From assembly GCA_030390025.1 (NCBI GenBank), contig CM059449.1, forward strand, positions 33,728,001-33,792,000: a stretch of 64,000 nucleotides of DNA. Reading direction: 5' to 3'. Source of the DNA: Squalus acanthias. Lineage: Eukaryota. Below the pieces are notes generated by a model. The model did not search any database. It had not been told where the DNA came from and saw nothing but the letters and a program-made list of their open reading frames with translations. Position 1 is the first letter of the stretch; each line of letters starts with the position of its first letter. Of the stretch, positions 52,001 to 63,169 are shown piece after piece. The position numbers and the translations under genes are program-made.

Positions 52001-55000
52001 CTGACCCGATATTGTTCGCTTTACACTATGACCACAATTTAAAATTAACCTCCCATTCATGGTAATATTACTTTTAATGAATGATATTAGTAACACATTT
52101 ATTGAATGACATTGGAAATAACACATTTATTGAATCACCTTGGCAATATTGTGTTTATTGAATTATACTGGCAATATTGAATTGAAGGATTATTATTCAT
52201 ATCATTGCATTTGCTCAGTGATATTGGTAAGCACATATTTGATATTTAATGTAGATGTGTAAGTTTGAGGTTCTAATGCTGTCTTATATCCCGCAGGTGG
52301 CTTATCAGAAAAGCATAATGCACTGGCCGCAGTTTTCTATTCATTAGGAGTAAATTTTATAGTTGGGCAATAGTGTAAAATGAGCGATATGGAAATGACT
52401 AGCCAATATACTCCCTGTCTGATTTTCCCTTCTGTTGACATCTATGGATATGAAAATCAGGCGGGGTGCAAAATGGGCGGACGATCAAATATCGCCCATT
52501 TTACACTCTCAGCCAAAGTCAAAATTACCCCCATAGAGTCAAGTCCATTGTAACAAGGTTGGAGGACAGGGAATGTCAGCCGATGCTGTGCAAACATAAC
52601 TCAGTCCCCAATTTAAAGTCATATATTCTGGCATGTATTGTGACAGCATTGGCAAATATTCTGGTATGTTATTTATAGTTAAGTAACAACATTGCTGGAA
52701 AATTGTGAAGGTGAGAAGTAGAGTTGGTTTATACACGGGAGTTTTCCAGAAGTATAGGCTGAAGAGTTGGGCAACAAAAAACTGAGGCAAAACAGCGCCA
52801 CCACTGGAGCGAGGGTGCAATTGCAACATGCTGACTTTACATCGGCAACTCCCATTTCAAATGTTGACATATAGAATCATAAAATAATACAGCACAGAAA
52901 GAGGCCATTCAGCCCATCGTGCCTGTGCCGGGTCTTTGAAAGCTATCCAATTAGCTCCACTCCTCTGCCCTTTCCCCAAAGCCCTGCAACGTTTCCCCTG
53001 CAAGTATTGATATCCAATTCCCTTTTGAAAGTCACTATTGAATCTGCTTCCAACACGCTCTCAGGTAATGCATTCCAGATCACAACAACTCACGCATACA
53101 AGAAATCCTCATATCACCTCTGGTACTTTTTCCAATTGCCTTAAAGCTGTGTCCTCTGGTTACCGACCTCACCCCATATTCACTCTATCCAACTCCTTCA
53201 TGATTTTGAACATGAATTCAGAGGAATTGATAATGGGAAAAGGTTGATAAAAATGTGACAAAAGGAAGTAAGAACATAAGAACTTAAGAACATCAGAAAG
53301 AGGAGCAGGAGCAGTCCATTCGGCCCCTCGAGCCTGCTCTGCCATTTAATGAGATCATGGCTGATCCGATTTTGGCCTCAACTCCACTTTCCTACCCGCT
53401 CCCTATAACCCTTGACTCCCCAGTTGCTCAAAAATTTGTCTATCTCAGCCTTGAATATATTCAATGACTCAGCTTCCACAGCTCTCTGAGGTAAAGATTT
53501 TCAAAGATTCACGACCCTATGAGAGAAGAAATTCCTCCTCATCTCCGTCTTAAATCGGCGACCCCTTATTCTGACACTGTGCCCCCTCCTTCTAGACTCC
53601 CCCACGAGGGGAAACATCCTCTCAGCATCAACCCTGTCCAACCCCCTGAAAATCTTTTATGTTACAATAAGAGCACCTGATATTTTTTTAAACTCCAATG
53701 AATACAGGCCGAACTGGCTCAACCTTTCCTCATAAGACAACCCTTCCATCCCAGGAATCAACCTAGCGAACCTTCTCTGAACTGCCTCCAATGGAAGTCT
53801 ATCCCTCCTGAAAGAAGGGGACCAAAACTATATGCAGTAGGTTGTGTGGTCAGGTAGTACATAACATTTCTAATATAATATAGCTAGATTTATAGTTAAA
53901 TACCAACATTTATTCAATTTGGGAAGCAGAGAAGTAGAATTGGTTGGAGCACCGCAGTTTCTCTGGGAAATGCAAAGCTAAGTCCGACAGTGCCACCACC
54001 GGTGGGAGGGTGTAATTACAGCATGACCAGCCGACGGTGGCAGCTTCCTTATAAAGGTGGACATAGGAATTTATAAAGGGAATTCTTAACACAAATGTAA
54101 TTGAAATATGACAACAGGAAGTATGCTTTTGTGGACAGGAATTACACACAGATGTAAGAGTTTTAAATTTTCTACTCATTTTCCTGTTGTGTTGCATATG
54201 TGAGGTGTAATTCTAACTTTTGGTGACAGTGTAAAATGAGTGATATTGGATCGGCCACCCATTACACACTCCACCCAATCATCCCTTCCATTGGGGCCAT
54301 GGTGAATTGACAGGCCATTTTACATCTTTGAAAGTTAATAGAAGAACAATGGGTGGAGTGTAAAACAGATGCTGATTCGCTATGAGTTCATTTCGCACTA
54401 CTGGCAAAGACCAATTTCACCTCGTCTGTATTTTGCTCAATGGTCATTGAGTATAACATCAGGGACTTGATGTTGACTTCCAGAAGACATTGGTTAGGAC
54501 ATTGTTGGGGGTTTTCATGCAGTTCTAAGCACCTAATATAGCAGGAATATTACAGCAGACAGCTGCCGTTTAACTTTGGTGTCAATTATTCTCTTTCTGT
54601 GCTGTAAATTCTATGTCCCTGTGTGATGAACCTTGTTTTAGATACTAAACGCCATTTTTATCTGGAAAGAGTGACTAAAAAATAACTGAAATTCTCAGAT
54701 TTGGTGTGAATAGATGAGATAATTATGTAGCTGTTGATCGATTCAATTTCTGTTCTAGGTACTCACTACCTTCAAGGACTGTTTGGCTGTGAGCTGAATG
54801 ATGCCAATCCTAGTGTAGGGATTTTGAAGTTTGCTTATGATGGAAGATACGCATTTAGTTTTGATAAAGACAAATTGGTTTGGACTGTACATGATCCAGT
54901 AGCTCAGACCTTCAAAGTGAAATGGGATAAGGAAACAAAGATGAACCTTTATTTCAAGAGCTTGTTAGAAAAGGACTGTGTGGATTTATGGAGGACATAC

Positions 55001-58000
55001 TATTCACTTGGAAACGCATCACTAACCAGAAAAGGTAAGTTCAGAACAACTTGGGGGTAAATTTAAAGTTTGGCGATAGTGTAGAACTGGCGATATTGGA
55101 TCAGCTTCCGTTACACACTCTCCCCATTCTCCTTTAACAGGCGGCTGATCCGATATCACTTGTTTTACATTAGTGGCAAAAGTTAAGATGACTTCATTCA
55201 TTCTATTGTGAAATGTGCGACTTTTATTGAAGTTGAAAATAACTGTCGTTCTATCATGTAGTTTCCCCTGAGGTCTCAGTTATTGCCAGGGCTGCTGATC
55301 GTTGGTTTCTCCACTGCATTGTGACTGGATTTTACCCGCAGTCCATCAGCGTTACCTGGTTGAAGAATGGAGAACATGCCCCCGAGACCAAATCTACTGG
55401 GTTATTACCCAATGAAGATGGGACGTATCAACTGACGACAACCCTTGAATTTGATCCGTATGATGGGAAACAATACTCCTGTCATATTGAGCACAGCAGC
55501 TTGCCGGGTGGGAAAACAGTCTCCTGGGGTAAGGACATGAGCAGCGATACTGAACAATCCATCAATAATAGCAACAATCACCCACACCTGTCTTGCTCTT
55601 TCTCTCTTTTTCTTTACACATCAGACAACACTTTGGTTATCTCTGTACTTCAGGTTGTCTGTGACTGTTCCTCATTCGTTCTCTCTCTTTTAGTCCATTT
55701 CTGTTATCTTCTGACTCTTCCATAAACTGCACCCACCCCTCCTTGTGTGCTTCTCGCACACTTGCTTTCTCTCTATATCTTTCCCATTGCTTCTTGCTGT
55801 CTATCTCCACTCTGTACCCACACCCCACACACACCGCACGGTCTCAGAGTTAGATAACAAATGAATCTCTGTACACAGTCTATCTGGGTTAGAGAATGGA
55901 TTAATCTGCATTCACCACCCACTCTCAGACATCAGACTCTTTATTTGCCCGACTTGCTGTTGCTTCACTCTTTGTTTCTGCTTTCTCATTGTTGTTCCCT
56001 TTCACTGTGGTGATGGATCTGCTCGGTTTCTGAGCTGGAACTTTTGCTCTGTGCTGAGCTATTTCACTCTCAGCCTCAGTGTGTTTTTGCTTCTCTTGTG
56101 TCTTTGTTGAGGTGGGGAATGAGGTGACGGGTCACTTTGGGATATGAGAGGAGGAGTGGGGAAGTGTTGTGAGGAAAGGTCATTAAAATGTAGTGCAGTG
56201 GGGGGAGGGGTGATAAAATAATGCGGCCTGGCGGCAAGGGTGGGTCTGAGGCTGGGCTCCTGAGGCGGTGATGGGCCGAAGTCCACTGGGAGCTGCAGGC
56301 AGGGAAGGTGGGGGCGGTGGGCTTTGCCCAGAAAGCAAGAATCTGCAGCAAGAATGAAGGTTGGGACAGGCGGGGCGGGTGGTGGACCCCAGGAATCAGC
56401 CTAGAAGTTGCTGTTGGTGATTACCAGGGTCACCAAATGTCTCCAGGGGAACCTCCTACTATTGGTTTAGACACAGCGGGGTAGATTTCCAACCTGCCAC
56501 CCGGGTGTAAAACCGGAGTTGCCTCCAATGGGAATGAAAAGCGGGCAGTTTGTGTGACAGGCGGCTGATCCACAGCAGAAGGCTCACACCAGATCGGCAC
56601 GGTGAAAATCTACCACAAATTGTTTAATAGATAACGGTGCTGCTCATTCAGGTCTCTCCATGGAAAGGTGCCTCCCTCAGGGGAACAGGTAGGATGATCC
56701 TTATGATCTGGAAATGTATTTCTGGTCGGTTACTGCGCTGATCCTCTGCTGAGGGCAATTTCCAGATGCTGTGGCCTAACCTGTGCAGGTCGCAGTTGTT
56801 CTTAACAATCCCTTGAATTAGAAAATCGGTTCATTAAAGTCAGTTTTATAAGCTGCATATACACAGCTTCATATAATCAGATCTGTNNNNNNNNNNNNNN
56901 NNNNNNNNNNNNNNNNNNNNNNNNNNNNNNNNNNNNNNNNNNNNNNNNNNNNNNNNNNNNNNNNNNNNNNNNNNNNNNNNNNNNNNNNNNNNNNNNNNNN
57001 NNNNNNNNNNNNNNNNNNNNNNNNNNNNNNNNNNNNNNNNNNNNNNNNNNNNNNNNNNNNNNNNNNNNNNNNNNNNNNNNNNNNNNNNNNNNNNNNNNNN
57101 NNNNNNNNNNNNNNNNNNNNNNNNNNNNNNNNNNNNNNNNNNNNNNNNNNNNNNNNNNNNNNNNNNNNNNNNNNNNNNNNNNNNCGCTCTCTAGCTCTCT
57201 TTCTCTCTGTCTCTGTGTGTGTGTCTCTCTCTCTGTATCTCTCTCGCTCTGTCTCTCTTTCTCTCTGTCTCTCCCTCCCTCCCTCTCTCTTTCTCTCTAT
57301 CTCTCTATCTCCCTATCTGTGTTTCTATCTCTCTATATATTTCTCTCTCGATTTCGATCTGAATATTTTGAAAATGTTGAGTGTGGTCAAGTTTCCAAAG
57401 CTGCTGCTCCAATCCAACAACATTAGGTGACAGATTGAAAATGATAGGGTTCCGCCTATTGTTGAACGATACCAGAAAGCTGCCTTTGCAGTATATTGAG
57501 AGCTCGAATTAAAGAAACGGAGTCTGTATGCAGTGTCACTGTGGAGCATTCAGGGTTTTGGAGACAGCAGTCATGTTGCTATCGTTAAGTAAAAGAAGGT
57601 AAACATTTAACTATCTGAATTAAATGTAAACTTTTATGTAGATAATTTGCTTATTTACAATTCTCATGAGCGGAAGTCTTGCACCTTGAGCTCCCTCTCA
57701 TCACACGGAGCTGTGGGGACGGTCAGAAGCTCGATCCCCCAGCCCTGGGAGCTGGCACAGTGGCATCATCTATTCAACTGCCATTACTTACCCCTCATAT
57801 TGCCCCTTTCACCAGTCCCGCAGACACAGGCCTCTGCTAGTTTCCTACATGGCTCCCCTTACACAGCGATCCATGGGGGGTTGCAGGAGAGGGGACAGCT
57901 GGTTTTCCCTCTGCCTCGCTGGGCACCACGACCACAACCCTTTTCCATTGTCCTCCCCGCTGCACATTCCTATCGCTGGCCCAGCCCCGATCAGTCTAGA

Positions 58001-59958
58001 AACCATGCTTCACTCTTCACAGCCATTGCTCCTCCCCCCACCTACGCTGACACCTTTACAGCCTGACCACCTCTCGTTGACTAGAACCTGTGTTTATTCA
58101 CAAAAAGTGAACTTTGTGGTTTTAAAGAAACCTGGCTCCACCTTAGTGAAATAATACATTGTGCATTATATGGTGTGAGGATACTGTCCATAGAAAACAG
58201 CGCATCATACTACTTACCATGAGCAGGGCCATAGGTTTCCACTGATTATATATAAAACTGTCAATCCGCACATATAATTATACAAACCTTGCTAATATTT
58301 TTCAGATGGAAAAGTAGAGAAAGACAAGCATGTGGGGCTGATTGTCGTGTGTGTGCTGGTGTCGCTGGCTTTCGTTATAGTTTTAATCTGTATTTGGAGG
58401 AGAAAACGGAGAGGTAAATCGAGAGAATATGCTGCAGGCTTGTTTGTAAAAGTATGACACAGCGGCTTTACAGAAAATCTTTTGGCCGGCCCCAGGATTA
58501 TATTTTGAATTTTAAATATCTGTTATAAAAAAAAAAACTTGCATTTATATCGCGCGCCTTTCACGACCTCAGGACGTCCCAAAGCGCTTTACAACCAATG
58601 AAGTGCTTTCATTATAAGTGTAGTCACTGTTGTAATGTAAGAAACGCGGCAGCGAAGTTGCGCACAGGGATCTTTTACATCCACCTGAGAGGGCAGATTG
58701 GGTCTCGGTTTAACGTCCCATCTAAAGATGGCACCACCGACAGTGCAGCTGTCCCTCAGCACTGCACTGGTGTGTCAATCTAGATTTTACTGCTCAAGTC
58801 TCTGGAGTGGGATTAAATTGGTTAATTTGTTAACTTCTGGAAGAACAACTGGAATTTTATCGAGGGAAAGTTACTAATGGAATTCTAAGTTTAAACACAC
58901 GAGGTACAGAACGTAACTGCCAAGAAGTAAATATGAGCCTCTATAAAACCTTAAGACCGGAGTTAGAACACTGTGTGCAGTATAGAATTTCACGCGATAG
59001 GCGGGATATTGAGCTTTAGAGAAGCTACAAGGTGGATTCACTAGGATGCTGCCCGATAGAAGGAAACACAAATACAAGGAAAAACTTAGAAAATGCGCAT
59101 TTTTATTAGAAAAATGCATATTACGGGTGATATAATAGAAGTGTTTAAAATGATGGAAGGATGGCTCAGGATAGATAGAAGCATACTGTTTCCAGTAGTT
59201 GAGGGTCAAGAATGAAGGGTTATAGATACCAGGTTAAATGTTAGAGATTTAGAACAGAGGGTAGGAGACGATTCTTTTCACAGAGCGTTGTGAGGCTGTG
59301 GAATCCACTTCTAGTGATAGAGGTTGAGGCAGAAACTATGGCAACATTTAAGATTAGATTGAGAAGTTGGACAAAGGGAAAACGGGTTTAAGGGATATGA
59401 GAACAGGGTGGGTAAATGTGATTAGTAATATTTACTGGTGTGGAGAGTAAATGCCGATACGCACTGGTTCGGACAAAGGATCTCTTTCCATGTTGTAACT
59501 TCTACTTTATTCGATATGCACTTGTCCCAAGTGTAGTGAAATTAAAATCCAATTCTTTATTAACAAATTTAGGGGGTGAAATTGGGCGATAACACAAAAT
59601 AGCCACTAGTGAATCGGCTGCCATTTCATTGAAGTCAATAGAAAAGCCCATGGGGTAGGTGTGAAACTGGCTGGTGATTCGCTATCGCCATTTGGCGCTA
59701 CGGCCTGAGCCCAATTTCACCCCATTAAGTTTTGTAACAGGTGGCCCACACATGAAAACTTTCCCCATGGTAACACCATCAGCATCAACATGAATTTATG
59801 TTTGATTGATATGTTAAGACGGAAGCATACGTGCTAATAACCTTTATTACCAATACCATCGTATTATTACAAGCGTTCTCTCTGAACATGTTTCTTTTCA
59901 GAACAAGGCAGACATTTCAAATACTTCCTTAAGCAGCACCACCAACTCATGCAATTAA
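46040..59958 (+). CDS. Non-classical MHC class I-like heavy chain, 7 coding exons (46040-46091, 50377-50637, 54759-55034, 55262-55528, 58306-58413, 59741-59769, 59902-59958), about 349 aa
   Basis: All exons have AG/GT boundaries and compatible phases (1,1,1,1,1,0). They sum to 1050 nt with no internal stop. Domain order is leader, alpha1, alpha2, alpha3 (C1-set), TM, cytoplasmic. The lineage (UBA/UCA/UDA/UEA/UFA etc.) cannot be assigned without a tree. Confidence 0.9.
50377..50637 (+). CDS. MHC class I-like exon 2, alpha1 domain
   Basis: cctag|AG TCT CAC...TCA A|gtgagt, 261 nt. ESHSLLYYYTLNHGSADLPEYSVMGLLDGCEIDYYD...PRQQWM...YWDEYT...NNQTS, with Y7, Y59 and the N86 glycan site (NQT). Confidence 0.95.
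51233..51680 (-). mobile_element. L1/Tx1-clade LINE ORF2 C-terminal fragment
   Basis: EESVFHVYIECERL zinc-knuckle end, ...RARVALE...FHDRWAP; a GC-rich island within AT-rich intron. Confidence 0.75.
52870..53840 (-). mobile_element. Two CR1 3' fragments (52870-53215, 53268-53840)
   Basis: CR1 3' UTR ggccattcggcccctcgagcctgct and (AAGAACAT)n tail. Confidence 0.85.
54759..55034 (+). CDS. MHC class I-like exon 3, alpha2 domain
   Basis: ttctag|GT ACT CAC...AAA G|gtaagt, 276 nt. THYLQGLFGCEL...FAYDGRY...WTVHDPVAQTFKVKWD...LEKDCVDLWRTYY..GNASLTRK, with the C101/C164 pair. Confidence 0.96.
55262..55528 (+). CDS. MHC class I-like exon 4, alpha3 Ig C1-set domain
   Basis: catgtag|TT TCC CCT GAG...TGG G|gtaagg, 267 nt. 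Motifs LHCIVTGFYPQSISVTWLKNG, LPNEDGTYQ and YSCHIEHSSL. Confidence 0.96.
56887..57184. other. Assembly gap (298 N)
   Basis: Run of N in MHC intron 4. Confidence 1.
57185..57350. repeat. (CT)n-rich microsatellite
   Basis: Degenerate CT/GT/AT dinucleotide tract abutting the gap. Confidence 0.95.
58306..58413 (+). CDS. MHC class I-like exon 5, connecting peptide and transmembrane segment
   Basis: tttcag|AT GGA...AGA G|gtaaat. DGKVEKDKHVGLIVVCVLVSLAFVIVLICIWRRKRR: a hydrophobic run of about 22 aa followed by a basic stop-transfer. Linkage to exon 4 crosses an N gap. Confidence 0.85.
58525..58815 (-). mobile_element. DeuSINE-family (SacSINE1/AmnSINE1-like) SINE fragment
   Basis: Minus strand AGTGCAGTGCTGAGGGACAGCTGCACTGTCGGTGGTGCCATCTTTAGATGGGACGTTAAACCGAG resembles the Deu domain; L2-type tail ATAAATGCAAGT. 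Confidence 0.7.
58850..59510 (+). mobile_element. Old CR1 3' fragment
   Basis: Degenerate RPELEHCVQ and FFSQSVVRLWN coding sequence followed by CR1 3' UTR. Confidence 0.75.
59741..59769 (+). CDS. MHC class I-like exon 6, cytoplasmic micro-exon (G)GPHMKTFPM
   Basis: ttttgtaacag|GT...ATG|gtaaca, 29 nt. Enters in phase 1 and exits in phase 0, which puts the next exon in its Ser/Thr-rich frame. Confidence 0.55.
59902..59958 (+). CDS. MHC class I-like exon 7, cytoplasmic tail NKADISNTSLSSTTNSCN*
   Basis: Strong acceptor tttcttttcag at 59901 and a Ser/Thr-rich tail typical of class I C-termini. If exon 6 is skipped, the frame reads EQGRHFKYFLKQHHQLMQLKKTQV* (stop 59973-59975). Confidence 0.6.
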   Translation, partial: NKADISNTSLSSTTNSCN

Positions 59959-60762
59959 AAAAAACCCAGGTTTAAGAAAGGAGGTCAGCATCACAGTCCA
60001 TGGAAAGGGTAATTTCCTCTGGAACGTTTTAAAGGCGAACCTGAACTCCTAGTGGTGAATGAAAGGGGGCTGACAGGACACAGATCCACACTAATTGTCT
60101 CAGTGACAATGCAAGTTTAATAACCTTCCTGATTCAGTATTGTAGCGAGTACTTTATCTTCCCACAGGCCACATTCACACTGCAGCCTGAGGATCCCTGA
60201 GGGATGGTTTGGCTTAACGCCAGATGTTTTAGTGTAAATCCAGACTCAGGACCCCACCTGGCTACCAGGTGAAGTAGAGGGAGACTGCCTCCTCCAGAAT
60301 ATCCCTTCGCACCAAATCTAATGTTGTTATGTAAATGGTTTCCGAGTGGCATTAAGATAAAAGGTGGAAATATAATCAGAAGATCACAAAGCAGACTGGA
60401 ACTCCCAGGTGTTAAACACCTTCCGTCAGATTTCATTTCCCGGAGTGCCCCATTAAGGCAAATATTGTCCGTCCCTACTGTGGTCATTGCACCTTCATAG
60501 GGGCAGGACAGGGTGGAGAGTCATTGGGTGTCATTTTCAGATTAGGAGATAGTGTAAAACAGGCGTCATCGGATCAGCGACCCGTTACACAACTCTCCCA
60601 ACTTTCCTTCCCATTGATCTCAAGGAAAGGACAATCGGGAGAGGTGTATAACAGATACCCGACCCGATATCGTCCATTTTACATTAACGCCAACAATTAA
60701 AATGACCTCCATTGGGGTATAAATTTGTCTTGCGCAGTAGTTCAAATCGGGAGGGAGTGCCC

Positions 60763-60899
60763 TGGCAGCAAAATGGGAGAGAGCCACTTGGTAGCAAATT
60801 GAGCGATAGCGACTTGGCAGCAAAACGGGAGAGAGCGACTTGGCAACTAAATGGGAGAGAGCAACTTGGAGGCAAATTGGGCGACAGCGACTTGGCAGC
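60763..60899. repeat. 26-bp tandem repeat, about 5 units (GGCAGCAAAATGGGAGAGAGCGACTT)
   Basis: Direct tandem copies inside a MITE-like segment starting GGGGTATAAATT at about 60714. Confidence 0.8.
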
Positions 60900-61274
60900 C
60901 GGGCAGTCCGGAGGGCAAACAGGTCTCTCCGGTTTCATCGCCTGTGGAACTGACTGGACCCTGCACAACATTAACGGAACGATAAGGCTACCGGCCTCCA
61001 GGCGAAGGTAGTGTGAATCGACCGCTCTTTAGGCCCGCTACTCCTGTGCACTAAACTAACTGCCTCTGAGCTACCTGTAAGGGGAAGAACCATGAAAAGA
61101 GAATGAACAAGTCACTTCATTCTCTGTACTGTGCTCTGCACCTTCATCTCGGGATTGTCTAACATATGGATTTCACTCCCTAGATTACAACGGTGTTTAA
61201 TCAGAACCTGAGAGGGTCAAACGCGAGTCTTGCATTGGATCCAAGAACACACTGAAATAATCATCGTGAATCCT

Positions 61275-62236
61275 AGGAACATATGAACATAGGAATTGGA
61301 GGAGGCCATTTAGCCCCTGGAGCCTGCTCCGCCATTCAATGAGTTCCTGGCTGATCTGTGACCTAACTCCATATACCCACCTTTGACCCATATCTCTTAA
61401 TACCTGTGGTTAACAGAAAGCTATCAAGCTACGATTTAATATTAACAATTACTCTTGCATCAATTGCCGTTTGCGGCACAGTGTTCCAAACTTCTACCAG
61501 CCTTTGTGTGTATAAGTGTTTACTAATTTCACTGCTGAAAGATCTGGCTCTATTTTTTAGATTATGCCCCCTAGTCCTAGAATTCCTAACCAGTGGAAAT
61601 AGTTTTTCTCTATATACCCTATCTGTATCACTTAATACCTTGAAAACTTCGATCAGATCATCTCTTAACCTTCTAAATTCTAGGGAATACAAACCTAATT
61701 TGTGTAATCTCTCCTCGTAACTTAACCCTTGAAGTCCGGGTATCATTCTGGTAAACCTATACTGCACTCCCTGCAAGGCCAATAAGTGGTTCCTAAGGTG
61801 TGTGGCCCAGAACGGCTCACAGTACTCCAGGTGTGGTCTCACTAGGGTTTTGTATAGCTGCAGCATAACTTCTACCCCTTGTATTTTAGCCCTCTAGGTA
61901 TAAAGGCCAGCAGCCCATTAGCCTTTTAGATTATTGTCTGTAACTGTTGATGACATTTTAATGATCTACGTACCTGGACGCCAAAGTCTCTTTTGGACCT
62001 CCACTGTTTGTAGCATTCACTATTTAGAAAGTACCCTGATCTACCCTTTTTAGGTCAAAAGTGAATGACCTCACATTTACCTACAATAAAATCCATTTGC
62101 CACAGTTTTGCCCGTTCACTTAATCTGTCGATATCCCTTTGTAATTTTATGCTTCCATCTACAATGCATACAATTTCACCTATTTTTGTGTCGTCGGCAA
62201 ATTTGGATATATGTCTTTCTATGTATTCATCTAAGT
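61275..62236 (-). mobile_element. CR1 RT and 3' fragment
   Basis: KFADDTKIG and LYKTLVRPHLEYC motifs. Confidence 0.92.
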
Positions 62237-63169
62237 GCAATTGCTTTATTACTGAAACAACTCAATTTGCGTAAGCATTTCACCCCTGACTTATATTTCA
62301 GTCACTTTATCAAAATATTACTAACTTGTTTAACATTGAAGGAACATTGTCAAATCTCATCTACAATTGCGCAAACTGGCGCTTTAGACATTACATAAAG
62401 GCGGCACGGAATAAAGGCACACCATGGATTTAAAAACATGTTTTGTTATTATTTATACCTTCCTAATTAGTACAATTGACTCCAACATTGGCCTCAGGTA
62501 GACACATCTCCACTTGTGAGTAGAAACAGTGCCTGCAAACACTGTTCAATTACTGGAAACACAGCCGAGACCCATCCTGTCCACACACTCACATTTCACC
62601 AGCAGCATCGCCAACAAAGTGGTCCGGAGCAAATCCCGAGGCCACTTCTCCCTCTGTAACTGAAGGGAGCGAAGCCAGTGTAATACTCTGCTGCTAACCC
62701 TGTGGTTACAATGGGAATGAGAATAAGACGGTTTCTATCACCGGTGGACAATCTGCAACATCGGTTTCAGGCCCCATGGCAAGATGAAAATCTTCGCCAG
62801 AGTCAAGTTGAAAGTTACAATATCACACAACTAAAAAGGGATTTAGGAAACCTTTTGCAGGGAACTCTCTACTTAGGCGTGGAGCAAAATGGGGAGAATT
62901 GGATCGCCTGTTGTCTATAAACGCCATTGACCTCGCTCCCGCCAGAGGTGAAAATTCTATCGACCGGGGGTGAAATTCACCTTCAGCAGCGGCGCAAAAC
63001 AGGCGGCAGCAGGTCGGCCGCTCATTACACACCCTCCCGACTTTCCTCTCCATTAAACTATACCGAAAATAACATCGTGTTGGGCGAATAACAGGCGGCT
63101 GATCGGCTGCTGCCCGTGTTGAATAATTAAGATGGAAGCGAGTTTGAATTCTTTGTATTCAGATCTGGT

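Noticed and set aside
57215-57430. Leu/Ser-rich membrane-like ORFs
   Set aside because: Translation of the CT microsatellite.
60684-61011. Repetitive ORFs and a CRISPR-like look of the 26-bp repeats
   Set aside because: Head-to-tail tandem units with no unique spacers, in eukaryotic DNA with no cas genes.
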